A stretch of 64,000 bases of DNA, taken from an uncultured Methanomicrobiaceae archaeon. Lineage in GTDB: Archaea > Halobacteriota > Methanomicrobia > Methanomicrobiales > Methanoculleaceae. The position numbers were made by a program, and so were the translations under genes. Below are positions 52,380-62,368 of the stretch, in pieces. Position 1 is the first letter of the stretch. Each line of letters opens with the position of its first letter. Below the pieces are notes generated by a model, which ran no database searches, was not told the origin of the DNA, and worked only from the letters and a program-made list of their open reading frames with translations. The stretch is taken from NCBI GenBank assembly GCA_963826525.1, contig CAWGXH010000003.1, positions 224,001 to 288,000 on the forward strand, in the 5' to 3' direction.

Positions 52380-54156
52380 TTCTCACAAGAGCTCATTCTT
52401 GTGCAGGAACTCGCGGATCTCGCGGCTCTCAACCCATCCCTCGTCGAGCCTGCCTGACGAGAGCGTTGATCCGGAGCACCTGCTCCCGGATACTCGCGGC
52501 GGTCTTCTCGTCATCCATGAGATCCGCCCTGGCCAGGATCACCTGCAGGGGATGGCGGACGTGGTCGCCGAGGATGGCGAACTGCTCCATGTTATGCTCT
52601 ATCTGGTCGAATGCGCGTTTCCGAACCGATTCTGCCGCAATACGGCCGGTCACATCCCGGGCGACGAGGATGTAGCCGGTGACCTCGCCTCCCGTCTCCG
52701 CCAGGGCGGCCCCGTTGGTATCGATATAGAGGGGCCGGCCATCCTCACGGTACTGCATCAGCTCGCCGCTGTCAGGACCCTCTCTCTCCAGCGTCCGCAG
52801 CATCGTGGCGGGCTCGGCTCCCGGGCTATCCGAGTGAATCAGTTCCAGGAGAGAGCGGCCGATCGTCTGGTCTGCCTTCCAGCCGTACAGGTCTTCCGCC
52901 GCCCGGTTCCATGCCGTAATCATAAACCGCTCGTCGGTGGCGATGACTGCGTCGCTCACGTGGTCGAGGAGATAGGCGTGGTAGGCGAGCTTTTCGCGCA
53001 ACCGTTTCCGGTCGGTGATATCCCGCCCGATCGCCTGGAATCCGACACAGTCCTTTGAGACGGGGATCGGCGAAACGCTGAGTTCGAGCGTGACGCCGCT
53101 GCCGTCTTTGTGCCGCATCTCGATCGGGTAGCCCTCGGCACCCCCTTCCCTCGCCATCTTCCTGAGGGTCTGCACCTGCGGCTGCTCCGGGTGCAGTACA
53201 TAGTCCAGCCACCGGGTGCCGACGGCCTCCTCCGGTGTATACCCGAGAATCCGCGTCACGGCCGGGGAAACGTAGGTGATCCGCCCGTCACAGTCGGCGG
53301 TGACGATGACGTCGAAACTCCGCTGGGTGATCGACCGGTACATCTCCTCGCTCTTCCGGAGCGCTCCTTCCGCCCGCTTGCGCTCGGTGATATCGCTCAG
53401 GACGCCGATTAAACCTACCAGGCGGCCATTCTCCATGAGGCGGCGGCTGGACGTGACGACGTGGTGCACGGTGCCGTCCCTGGCGAGCACCCGGAACTCA
53501 TACGGCTCCTGCAGATCGGCCAGTGTCCTCTCAAGACTCGCCTGCAACCCGGGGAGGTCATCGGGGTGAACGTACCGGGAGAATGGCTCTCCGATGACGT
53601 CCGACACGCTGTATCCGGTAAGCCGTTCCAGCGCCGGGCTCATGTACGTGATGCGGCCGTGAGGATCGATGGTAAAGATCACCTCGTTTATCCCCTCGAC
53701 CAGGGTGCGGTACTTCTCTTCCGAGAGCCGGAGTGCCTCTTCGGCACGTTTCTTCCCGGTGATGTCCATGAACGAGACGACGCTCCGGTCCGATCCGGCG
53801 ATGAGCGCGACCGTGACCACGACGCTTCGTTCTGCTCCGGCGGCATCCCGGAGAGTCGCCTCATAGGTTCGTGGTGCGGCTGACGGCTTCACCCGGCGCA
53901 GGCGGTGGTAGTGTCTCATCCGTTCCCGGTCGGCTTCTCCGGGGAGCCTGTCCCAGAAGATCGTGCCTTCGAGATCCGACCTGGCATAGCCGAAGCTCCT
54001 CTCGAACTCGGCGTTGGCGTAGGCTATTCTCCCGTCGCCCTCGACGATCATGATGGCCGTGCCGGTATTCTCGACGATCGCCTGGTAAAGGGGTTCTGAA
54101 GGGGATGGCGCTTCGTGTGCCTGCTGCTGAATCTCGGTCCGGCTACTCTTTTTCAT
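52380..54156 (-). CDS. Four-PAS protein ending in a HisKA-like helix pair, no ATPase (terminal frameshift)
   Basis: ORF 52429-54201; QIEHNMEQFAILGDHVRHPLQVILARAD. Confidence 0.82.
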
Positions 54157-55159
54157 CGTCCATCGGCTGGTCGCGTATCTTCGGTGATCGCTGCTCATCA
54201 ATCTTTCGGGGCATGGGTGATACCCCGGCCTTTATGAGCGTGAACCGGAACACCGCCCCTTCCTCGGGGCGGCCGGCCGCCCGATCCTCGATCCAGATTC
54301 TGCCGCCGTACCTTTCCACCAGTGTCCGGACGATGAAGAGCCCGAGGCCTTCCCCGCGACCGGACGCTCTGCCCCGCTCGAACCGGGTGAAGAGTTTCGC
54401 CTTTATTTCGTCCGGCACGCCAGGGCCGGTGTCCTCGACCGAGATCAGCACGTCACCGTCCTGCTCCTCGACGCGGACGGTGATCTCCACGTGTGAGCCG
54501 CCGTGCTTCACGGCATTGCCGATGAGGTTCGTGAAGACGGTCGGGAGGAGGCCGTCCGCCAGCACATCAACCGGAGGATCGATATACCGGATCGGTGCAT
54601 CGGGGAAGTTCCTGATCTCATTCCTGATGACCGCATCGAGGTTCACCGGCATCAGGTGGTTGGCCTCCTCGGAAGCCCGCCGGATGGTGGCGACGTTCAT
54701 GAGGATCTCGCTGCTCCGGTCGATGCTGTCATGCAGTTTTTCCGCGTAGGTCTTCAGGGCTCCGTCCGCGAGGTCGACCAGGAGGTCGGCGTACATGCTC
54801 GAGACGTTATTGGCGTTCCGGACGTCGTGGGTCATGATGTCGAGGTACATGTTTGCCTCGTCGCGTGCTGCAACGACTTCCCGACTCGACCGGGTGAGGG
54901 CTTCTTCGGCCGCCTTTCGTTCATGCACCTCGACCGTCATCGCGCTGAGGAGCTTCTGCTGGCTGCGAAAGACGAAGTACGCGGCGAATACGGCCAGCAG
55001 GGTGGTGAACGCGATGGTGGTGATATGCGTCTCCGTGATGGAGATGTTCGGGTAGAGATACGCCTTACCGAACTGGAAGACGCTCATTAAGAGGAGCGTG
55101 ATTACGGCGACCTTGCCGAGTGCCAGAGCCATGTTGCCGGACCGGAAGTCTTCGTTCAT
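54143..55159 (-). CDS. Two-TM membrane histidine kinase
   Basis: Two hydrophobic helices, then YLDIMTHDVRNANNVS, DTGPGVP, GEGLGLF. Confidence 0.9.
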   Translation of the reverse strand: MNEDFRSGNMALALGKVAVITLLLMSVFQFGKAYLYPNISITETHITTIAFTTLLAVFAAYFVFRSQQKLLSAMTVEVHERKAAEEALTRSSREVVAARDEANMYLDIMTHDVRNANNVSSMYADLLVDLADGALKTYAEKLHDSIDRSSEILMNVATIRRASEEANHLMPVNLDAVIRNEIRNFPDAPIRYIDPPVDVLADGLLPTVFTNLIGNAVKHGGSHVEITVRVEEQDGDVLISVEDTGPGVPDEIKAKLFTRFERGRASGRGEGLGLFIVRTLVERYGGRIWIEDRAAGRPEEGAVFRFTLIKAGVSPMPRKIDEQRSPKIRDQPMDDEKE

Positions 55160-55733
55160 AGTCGCCCTCCGGAAAAGGGATGTATCTCTTCACGTACCGT
55201 GCGGGAGCGTCGGCGTGATAGAGGAACGGATACTGCTATGTGCGCAGGTATATCTCGCGGGAAAATGGGTACTCCCCCGTATTTTTGGTGGATGAGGTGG
55301 GTTTCAGATGCTGTCCGATATTTGTAAGGTACCTGAATCTTGCGCACTCGTCATGATAAAGCATTCTCCGGCATCTTTATGGCGCATCCGCGTGGCCTGG
55401 CTATCTCCGCGGTTACAGGATATTTTAGCAAAAAACCCGCCTGGAATGAGCATTCATATTCAGGACGAAGGGGAGGGGCGGTATCCCCTCACTCGAGCGC
55501 CGGCATGCCGTCCGCCGGAGGCGCTCTGATCATGGTGCGGATCGAGTGTCGTCCTGGTAACTTGTGATCCGGACGGCGTCACGGGAGAACGTGACGTAGT
55601 AGAAGGACTTCCTGAGATATCCAACCCGATCGATCTACGTCGGTTAGCGAAATGAGCACCTTGCCATCTCCGCAGAATGTGAACCCTGCCGGACACCCGT
55701 GCAGCGGTTCTGCGCCCGACCGGAACTCTCCCT

Positions 55734-55880
55734 CTAGCAGCATCCACCCCGCTCCGGCAGCGGCCGGAGGCGGTCCTTCTCCCGCTCCAGGCAGGCGTCG
55801 CAGAGGAGAACGATCCCGCGACTTTCGTGATTCACCCGGAGAAACCGGGTGCCGGGCGCTTTGCAGAGATCGCAGTTCAC
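55734..55880 (-). CDS. Small zinc-finger-like protein (48 aa)
   Basis: GTG start overlapping the upstream TGA; MNCDLC...LCDAC...GGCC*. Confidence 0.6.
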   Translation of the reverse strand: MNCDLCKAPGTRFLRVNHESRGIVLLCDACLEREKDRLRPLPERGGCC

Positions 55881-56236
55881 CGCCGGATCGCCTCCCGCAC
55901 GACGGCGGCGAGCCGCTCGATCTCGTCGAACCGGGGTTCGGCCATTCCGTTCTTTTCGATCCCGCAGGAGGTTGCGATGATATGCAGGTGCGGCTCGATC
56001 CCGAGCGCCTGCAGTTTCTTCCTCCCGCAGCAGTCGGAGCATCCATCGAGGACTACCAGATACTCAGCTCCTGCAGCGGCCTGTTCAAGAACTCCTGTCG
56101 GGCATCTTGCAGGAATATGGTCGTCGAATAGACCCGGACTGCGCCGCAGCAGTGCTGCACCTGCCTGCAGGGTCAACTTGCCGGTATTCGAAAGTCCTGA
56201 ACAGGTGACCAGCGTGATCTGTCGATGCTCACTCAT
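55877..56236 (-). CDS. DGC-domain putative zinc-binding protein
   Basis: TCSGLSNTG...VLDGCSDCCG. Confidence 0.82.
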   Translation of the reverse strand: MSEHRQITLVTCSGLSNTGKLTLQAGAALLRRSPGLFDDHIPARCPTGVLEQAAAGAEYLVVLDGCSDCCGRKKLQALGIEPHLHIIATSCGIEKNGMAEPRFDEIERLAAVVREAIRR

Positions 56237-56604
56237 CGCCGGCCCCCGACGCCAAAGACCGTATCAGGAAAAGCACGCTCTTCTCCATCGTATCCACCGT
56301 TTCATTCCAGTTCGGTTGTTCGGAACACCGCTTTCGCGATCGGTTCCGGTGCTGTCTTTCGGAAAGCGTTCCCCCATCCGGTTCCGCCCGACAGCAACTC
56401 CTTTCGCATCCCGGCCCTGGCGTATCCGCTCGATCATAGCGTGCCTCGCTGCATCTCCCGCCGGGATATTTTCCTTTTCTCTATATGTCGGTCATCTGTT
56501 GATAATGCGTGCGTTTTCATCACGCGTGCACTCACGGGCTTCGCCGTCCTTCCGGGAAGGTATATATATTGTCCGAACTCCGTATCGGTCAGCGGAGTGA
56601 TTGC

Positions 56605-57243
56605 ATGCCTGGTACGGAAAAAATTGATATACCTGCATGGGTCTGGGAGTTTCACGGGCACACCTGTCCGTTCATGCCCATCGGATACAGGATGGGAATT
56701 ATCGCGATGCGGGAGCTGGACGTGGGACGCATAGGGGATCACGGCGCTTTCGGTTTCTCCGAGATGGGGGTGGGGCATCCGCAGACCTGCCTGATGGACG
56801 GGTTCATGGCGGTAACCGGTTGCACCTACGGGAAGCTTATGATGGAGCGGCTCAACTACGGAAAGGTCGCCTGTATCCTGTATGTGCCGGGGAAAGGCGC
56901 TATCCGCCTGTACCTGAAGTCGGATTTCCAGGACGCGCTCGGCAAGGAAGAATTTTTTGCCTACCGAAAACGAGGTGTCGAACCCTCGAAGATTCCGCCG
57001 GACGTGGTGAACAGGGTGGTCGATGTCGTGCTGACGGCATCCGAAGATGAACTGTTCACGGTCGAGAGGCTGCCGGACTTCACCTTCAGCCGCCCGAAAG
57101 GCTCCTTTGCGAAGATGAAGTGCAGTAAATGCGGCGAGTACGTCTTTGAAAGGTACGTGAGAATGGTCGACGGCAGGCCCGAGTGTATTCCCTGCTCGGA
57201 TTATACCCAGACCTGGGTGAATATCCTCAAAGGGATGCAGTAG
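56605..57243 (+). CDS. FmdE-family protein with C-terminal zinc finger
   Basis: FHGHTCP..PIGYRMG, CLMDG...TGCTYGK, CSKCGE...CIPC. Confidence 0.88.
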   Translation: MPGTEKIDIPAWVWEFHGHTCPFMPIGYRMGIIAMRELDVGRIGDHGAFGFSEMGVGHPQTCLMDGFMAVTGCTYGKLMMERLNYGKVACILYVPGKGAIRLYLKSDFQDALGKEEFFAYRKRGVEPSKIPPDVVNRVVDVVLTASEDELFTVERLPDFTFSRPKGSFAKMKCSKCGEYVFERYVRMVDGRPECIPCSDYTQTWVNILKGMQ

Positions 57244-57257
57244 CCGGAAGGTAGCCA

Positions 57258-58034
57258 ATGGACAGCATCCTCCTTATTGCGGTGGTTGCGGTCTTTCTGG
57301 TATCCGTGATCTTCTCGATGTTCGGCCAGGGCGGCGGCTCTCTTTATACGCCAATCCTTTTTCTCCTGGGCTACGCCGTTCTGGTATCGATATCCACATC
57401 GCTGGTGCTGAACCTCCTCACTGCGCTTTCAGCCACGATTGTGTATTACCGGGCGCATCTGGTCGACCTGCGGCTCGCTCTCTTTTTCATCCCCGGCATC
57501 TGCATCGGGGCGTTTCTGGGGGGAGTCCTGACCGATCGTATCGATAATCCCGATATTCTGATGTGGCTCTTCGTCGTCTTCCTCGTCGGTGCGGGAGCAC
57601 GAATGGTCTACACCTACTGGGAAAAGTCGCCGGGGGAAGAAGCCTGTCCCATCAGTCTGTCGCGGCGCATGTACGTCGTGATTGTGGTATTCAGCTTCGT
57701 CGTGGGCATTCTCTCCGGCCTGCTCGGGGTGGGGGGAGGAGTCGTGATCGTGCCCTTCCTGGTCTTTCTCTGCCGCTACCCGATCAAAAATACGGCTGGT
57801 ACGGTCGCGTTTATCGTCATCTTCTCCTCTCTTTTCGGCGTCATAGGTCACGCCGCGTACGGCAGCCTGGATCTGGGGCTGATACTCGCCACAGCAATCG
57901 CTGTTTTTATCGGCGGCACCATCGGGGCACGAAGCATGATCCGGATCACGTCGGGGCTGGTTAAAGTCGGATTCGGGATTATTCTCTGGGTGTTTGCGAT
58001 TCAGTTGATCCTGAAGTTGATCCATATCGTATAG
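57258..58034 (+). CDS. TauE/SafE (TSUP) family sulfite exporter
   Basis: GQGGGSLYTP and GLLGVGGGVVIVP repeats, about 8 TM helices. Confidence 0.88.
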   Translation: MDSILLIAVVAVFLVSVIFSMFGQGGGSLYTPILFLLGYAVLVSISTSLVLNLLTALSATIVYYRAHLVDLRLALFFIPGICIGAFLGGVLTDRIDNPDILMWLFVVFLVGAGARMVYTYWEKSPGEEACPISLSRRMYVVIVVFSFVVGILSGLLGVGGGVVIVPFLVFLCRYPIKNTAGTVAFIVIFSSLFGVIGHAAYGSLDLGLILATAIAVFIGGTIGARSMIRITSGLVKVGFGIILWVFAIQLILKLIHIV

Positions 58035-58115
58035 GCATTCCGCGGATCTTCCGATGTCCCCCGCCGTCTGCGAGCGATCAAGCGTTGTGGGTGCAGACAA
58101 CGAGCACGCGCGTCG

Positions 58116-58973
58116 TCACGGTATCACAGAAGCCCGAGTGCTTTCAGCGCCGCCCGGGCGATCAGCTCCGGCGGGATCGCCTCGTAGCGTTCGCCCTCGG
58201 TACTCGACCGCCCGGCACTCCACGTTATCCTGGCCGGTGATACAGGCGCAGGAGCAGCAGGGCGTGCTGGTCACTTCCATTCCCTCGATCAGGTCCTCGA
58301 GCAGCACGCCGTTGAAGAGGATGCTGTTCGACTCCGCTATTGCCTCGTCCGGGAGGACGGTCTCGACGAACCTGACCGTGATGCCCTCCTCCTCGAGGAC
58401 CGGGCGCATCTCCTCGACGACATCGATCACCGCTCGTCCGGTCTCTCCGCACCGCTCGCAGGTGTTCTCCACGTCTCTTCCGATATGCCGCCATTCGACG
58501 ACAAGAGTGTCTGCCTGTCCTGCACAGCCGCACCCGCCGGCCGGCCGGCAGCACGCCTTCTCCTCCTCGCCTCTTCCTTTCCCCTCCCAGGCGGCGGAGA
58601 CGACCGTCTCCGCATCCTCTTCGGCGAGGTCAAGGCTCCCGCCCTTCGCGATACTGAGATCCGTGACCACGATCACCTGGGTGGGTGTAACGCCTGCCTG
58701 TTCGGCGATCTGCCGGGCGCACCCGACCGGGCAGCCGTCGATGACGATCACCTCGTCCGCCTCCTCGATCTTCTTCTTTATAGAGGGTGTCCCGATAGCG
58801 AGCGACGCCGTGCAGGCGATATTCCCGTATCCTTCCTTCGTCAGCCGGACGGCAGCCTCGTTCGAGAGTTGTCCGACGTTCGATGCACCGGCGCAGGCGA
58901 AGATGATCCGCTTCGTTCCGCCTTCCGGCTCCGAAGCCGTGCAGGTGCACCGGGGTGTGGTCTCTTCCGTCAT
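58116..58973 (-). CDS. DGC zinc-binding domain fused to DUF2703 domain
   Basis: FACAGASNVG...IDGCPVGC, then TCERCGETG, ESNSILFNG, TPCCSC, ECRAVEY; 3' end probably frameshifted. Confidence 0.78.
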   Translation of the reverse strand: MTEETTPRCTCTASEPEGGTKRIIFACAGASNVGQLSNEAAVRLTKEGYGNIACTASLAIGTPSIKKKIEEADEVIVIDGCPVGCARQIAEQAGVTPTQVIVVTDLSIAKGGSLDLAEEDAETVVSAAWEGKGRGEEEKACCRPAGGCGCAGQADTLVVEWRHIGRDVENTCERCGETGRAVIDVVEEMRPVLEEEGITVRFVETVLPDEAIAESNSILFNGVLLEDLIEGMEVTSTPCCSCACITGQDNVECRAVEYRGRTLRGDPAGADRPGGAESTRASVIP

Positions 58974-58974
58974 A

Positions 58975-59217
58975 TTACTTCACTCCCAGCAGTATCTGTT
59001 TGATATCCTCGACGCAGGGAACGTGCCCGACGACTTTGGGCTCGCCGTCGACGTAGAGCGCCGGTGTCAGCATGACCCCCCGTTCGATCATCGCATCGAG
59101 ATCTTCGATCTTCCTGATCTCGGGATCGATCCCGAGGTCTGTGACCGCAATCTCGACATTCTTGAGCATCCGCCTGCACTTGACGCAGCCGGTTCCGAAG
59201 ACCTCGATCAGCACCAT
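58975..59217 (-). CDS. Small thioredoxin-like redox protein (MTH895/ArsE type)
   Basis: GTGCVKC...GVMLTPAL. Confidence 0.88.
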   Translation of the reverse strand: MVLIEVFGTGCVKCRRMLKNVEIAVTDLGIDPEIRKIEDLDAMIERGVMLTPALYVDGEPKVVGHVPCVEDIKQILLGVK

Positions 59218-59248
59218 CTCTCCTCTTCCTCCGGGGGGATGTTCATCC

Positions 59249-59485
59249 TCATCCCTGCAGGATCTCCTTGATCTCTTTGACGTCCGCCACCCGGCCGGAG
59301 ACCTTGAGTTCCCCGTCGACGGCGAGCGCCGGCGTCAGCATCACGCCGCGCTCCATGATCTCGGTGATGTCGTCGATCTTGACGAGTTCGGCCTCGATGC
59401 CGAGATCCTTGATCGCTGTTTCTGCATTCTTTGTCAGCCGCTTGCACTTGGTGCAGCCGGTTCCGAGTACTTCAACTTTTATCAT
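59249..59485 (-). CDS. Small thioredoxin-like redox protein (MTH895/ArsE type), tandem paralog
   Basis: GTGCTKC...GVMLTPALAVDG. Confidence 0.9.
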   Translation of the reverse strand: MIKVEVLGTGCTKCKRLTKNAETAIKDLGIEAELVKIDDITEIMERGVMLTPALAVDGELKVSGRVADVKEIKEILQG

Positions 59486-59754
59486 CGTTTCTTCACCTCA
59501 TCTCGATACTCCCGGAGGAGCGCCGCCCGGTAGAGCGATTCGGCCTCCTTTGGGATGTAGTTGTAGATCTTCACCTGTTTGAGCAGTTCATCGCCGATAG
59601 CGGTTTCGCCGGAAAGACCGAGATCGATGATCTCGGCCAGGATATCGTCGAGCATCGCGAGCCCGACGACGACCTCCCCGACCTCGACCCGGCGGATCCG
59701 CCGCAGTGCCTCGGCGGCGCAGCAGGGTTTCTCTCGCTTCTTCTTCGTCTCCAT
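59482..59754 (-). CDS. Conserved hypothetical protein with N-terminal CC
   Basis: METKKKREKPCCAAEALRRIR...VKIYNYIP; ATGA overlap with the next gene. Confidence 0.7.
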   Translation of the reverse strand: METKKKREKPCCAAEALRRIRRVEVGEVVVGLAMLDDILAEIIDLGLSGETAIGDELLKQVKIYNYIPKEAESLYRAALLREYRDEVKKR

Positions 59755-59770
59755 ACACGTGCCCCCTCTC

Positions 59771-60850
59771 TCATACGAGCAGCATGCCGTTCCCGTACAG
59801 GAACCCGGCGATGGTCGCAAAGACGACCACCAGCGCCACGTAGGTCGCTGTCTTCGCCGCCCCGACGATCCGGTAGATGACGAGGATGCTCGGCAGGCTG
59901 ACCGTCGGCCCGGCCAGCAGGAGGGCGAGCGCCGGGCCCGGAGCCATGAGCCCCGCCGAGTAGCCGAAGGTCGTGCCGATGATCGGGACCTCGAGCAGCG
60001 TCGGCATGTAGAGGATCATCCCGACGATCGAGGCCAGAGCACAGGCGACAAACGAGTTGTTCCCGAAGTAGGGCTGGAAAGTCTCCGGCGGGAGGAAGAA
60101 GGCGATGATCCCGACCACGAAGGTTCCCGCGATCAGGATCGGGAAGATCTTCTTCGTGAGATCCCATGTCTCGAGCCCCCAGTCGGTCACCTCGTCCTTA
60201 TCGTAGTAGTAGATGAGCAGGACGGCGATCGCGAGCGTGAGAATGTAGACGATGCCGAGCCGGAGCGCCCAGTCGAGCTGCGACGCCCCGAAGACCAGCA
60301 CGCCGATCATGAGAGCGAAGAACGTGGGCGTGACCCAGCCTGGCTTCTCCTCCTCGCAGGCCCCGGCGACGCTCGGCGCCATCGCTTTCCGCTTCAGGGT
60401 CTCGACGTCCGTCGACCGGAAGATCAGCGCCATGGCAAGCCCGATGACGATCGCGAGCAGGACCGCGGAGACCGCCCGCGCTACCCCGAGGTCGTACCCG
60501 AGCACCCGGGCGGTGTAGATGATGGCGAGGATGTTGATGGCCGGCCCTGCGAAGAGGAAGGTGGTTGCGGGGCCGATACCGCTCCCTTTCTTGAGAATGC
60601 CTGCGTATATCGGGAGGATGGTGCAGCTGCAGACGGCGAGGATCGTCCCCGAGACCGATGCGATCCCGTAGGAGACCGGTTTCGGCGTGTCCGGGCTGAA
60701 ATACTTTAGTATCGCGTCTTTCTTGACGAAGGCCGCGATGGCGCCGGCGATGAAGAACGCCGGCACCAGGCAGGTGAGGACGTGCGCCGAGAGATAGTCG
60801 AGCACCGCTGCGAGCCCCGATGCAAGAGCGGCGGTGAGTATGTCGATCAT
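59771..60850 (-). CDS. ArsP/DUF318 family permease
   Basis: HVLTCLVPAFFIAG, AVCSCTILP, FLFAGPAIN, AGPTVSLP. Confidence 0.88.
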   Translation of the reverse strand: MIDILTAALASGLAAVLDYLSAHVLTCLVPAFFIAGAIAAFVKKDAILKYFSPDTPKPVSYGIASVSGTILAVCSCTILPIYAGILKKGSGIGPATTFLFAGPAINILAIIYTARVLGYDLGVARAVSAVLLAIVIGLAMALIFRSTDVETLKRKAMAPSVAGACEEEKPGWVTPTFFALMIGVLVFGASQLDWALRLGIVYILTLAIAVLLIYYYDKDEVTDWGLETWDLTKKIFPILIAGTFVVGIIAFFLPPETFQPYFGNNSFVACALASIVGMILYMPTLLEVPIIGTTFGYSAGLMAPGPALALLLAGPTVSLPSILVIYRIVGAAKTATYVALVVVFATIAGFLYGNGMLLV

Positions 60851-60891
60851 GGTCTGTTCCTTTTTGTACTACCTGTATGATGTTTTCGTGT

Positions 60892-61143
60892 TCAGATGAC
60901 GGCAAGAGCCTGGAACGCCACGCCGGCGAGGACGGCGACCCCGAGGACGACCGCCACGAAGGCGGCGAGAAGGCGCCGCTCGAAGATCGCGGCATGCAAT
61001 GGCAGCCGTACTCCGTCATCGTCGCCATACGCCCCCCGCATCAGGATGATCCCGGTGAGCAGGGCGACCGCGACGATGACGACCGCAAGCAGCACCCACA
61101 GGAGTTCCGCTCCGATCTCGATCGTCTGTAGCGGGTCGGCCAG
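60892..61143 (-). CDS. Small two-TM membrane protein
   Basis: (M)ADPLQTIEIGAELLWVLLAVVIVA...VAFQALAVI; start codon uncertain. Confidence 0.55.
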   Translation of the reverse strand: MADPLQTIEIGAELLWVLLAVVIVAVALLTGIILMRGAYGDDDGVRLPLHAAIFERRLLAAFVAVVLGVAVLAGVAFQALAVI

Positions 61144-61146
61144 TCG

Positions 61147-61218
61147 TTACTCCTCCGCCCAGGCATGGATCTCCTCGTCGAGTTCGTCTTCGGTCAGGGT
61201 CATCGGTTCGTCCGGCAT
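61147..61218 (-). CDS. 23-aa acidic micropeptide
   Basis: MPDEPMTLTEDELDEEIHAWAEE*, tightly packed in the operon. Confidence 0.35.
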   Translation of the reverse strand: MPDEPMTLTEDELDEEIHAWAEE

Positions 61219-61231
61219 CGGCCGGTTCCGG

Positions 61232-61372
61232 TCACTCTTTCTTCTCGCCCGTCTTCTTCGGCACGATCTTCACGTCGCCGCAACAGCAGCCGCAGCCGTT
61301 CTCCGGCGTGAAAAGCCTCTTGATCCGTCAGGCGATGCCTTCCTTCCGGTTTTTGCTGGTGTCGTCTGTCAT
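61232..61372 (-). CDS. Cys-rich microprotein with an in-frame TGA at codon 15
   Basis: MTDDTSKNRKEGIA*RIKRLFTPENGCGCCCGDVKIVPKKTGEKKE*; first ORF after the operator. Confidence 0.5.
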
Positions 61373-61391
61373 AGTGATACGCTCCAGGGTG

Positions 61392-61409
61392 TTTCAATAT
61401 AATTTGAAA
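61392..61409. promoter_or_regulatory. ArsR-type operator for the leftward permease operon
   Basis: TTTCA-ATATAATT-TGAAA palindrome 20 bp before ATG 61372. Confidence 0.75.
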
Positions 61410-61702
61410 TTACGTGGGCAGCACCACCCCATAAAGGTTCTGGTTTCAAAAAGAGTTGAAGAATCTGTGCAGGCAGACCCGGCGGTATTCGGTGTCTCTC
61501 CGGTCAGGAAGGCAAGGGTCTCCCGGTTGAGTTCGCGGACACGGCCTCTGTGCTGACCACACCGCCGCAAGCTGGTCTTCGGCATAGGACGTGTGGAGGT
61601 GTATCTCTGGTTCCCTGTCGCCACCGACGGTGTTTGCTTTCATGCTTCTCTCCCCGTTGCTGTCAGAGCACTCTCCGACACGATCTGCTTTCATGCACAA
61701 GG

Positions 61703-61737
61703 TTTAAATCTTTTTTCATTTCATAAAATATTGAAAT
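61703..61737 (+). promoter_or_regulatory. TATA box plus ArsR-type operator for arsR
   Basis: TTTAAAT at 61703 followed by ATTTCA-TAAAATAT-TGAAAT (61718-61737), same half-sites and spacing as 61392-61409. Confidence 0.75.
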
Positions 61738-61754
61738 GCTGGGGCGGTGTTCGG

Positions 61755-62138
61755 TTGGATAACAGCGGAGACGATGATATATCTCGAATAGTACCCCTCC
61801 CACCCGGGGTCGAGGAGTCGCTCTGCCGCTGTGGCGGTATCGAAGGGCTGGTAGAGCAGTTGCCGGATGATGCGGTACTGGTACAGCAGAGCGCCGTCCA
61901 CCGTGCGCTCGCCGACCCGCTACGGCTGAAGATCCTCGCCATGCTCGCGCTGCAGCCGCTCTGCGTCTGCGTGATCAAGGCGGTGCTCGGGATCGCAGAC
62001 TCAAAACTCTCCTACCACCTATCGGTCCTGAAGAAGGCCGGGCTGATCGTCGGCGACCAGCAGGGAAACTGGATCGTCTACCGCCTCTCGTTCGAAGGAG
62101 CCCGGTGGGCTGCGGCGGTCTGCGAAAGATCGGAATAG
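61755..62138 (+). CDS. ArsR/SmtB family transcriptional repressor
   Basis: ALADPLRLKIL, LCVCVI, DSKLSYHLSVLK, GNWIVY; TTG start. Confidence 0.9.
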   Translation: MDNSGDDDISRIVPLPPGVEESLCRCGGIEGLVEQLPDDAVLVQQSAVHRALADPLRLKILAMLALQPLCVCVIKAVLGIADSKLSYHLSVLKKAGLIVGDQQGNWIVYRLSFEGARWAAAVCERSE

Positions 62139-62151
62139 CAGCGCATCGAAG

Positions 62152-62255
62152 ATGGATCTGCTCGTCACGTCCACACTGATCGGCATCGGGCTTGCCATGG
62201 ACTGTTTTGCGGTCTCCCTCGCAATCGGGGCGGCGCAGCATGCCGCCCGGGTGCG
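62152..62255 (+). pseudogene. mntP: Truncated MntP-type manganese efflux pump (first helix only)
   Basis: IGIGLAMDCFAVSLAIG signature, then sequence becomes unrelated. Confidence 0.65.
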
Positions 62256-62368
62256 TAGTCATCGTGGCGACCCGACACCTCCGTGCATGCGATCAAAGAC
62301 TCTTTTCACTGGCCGCACGACTCAAGAGAGCATACGAATTACGCCGCAAGGCCGTGCGCAAAAATCTC

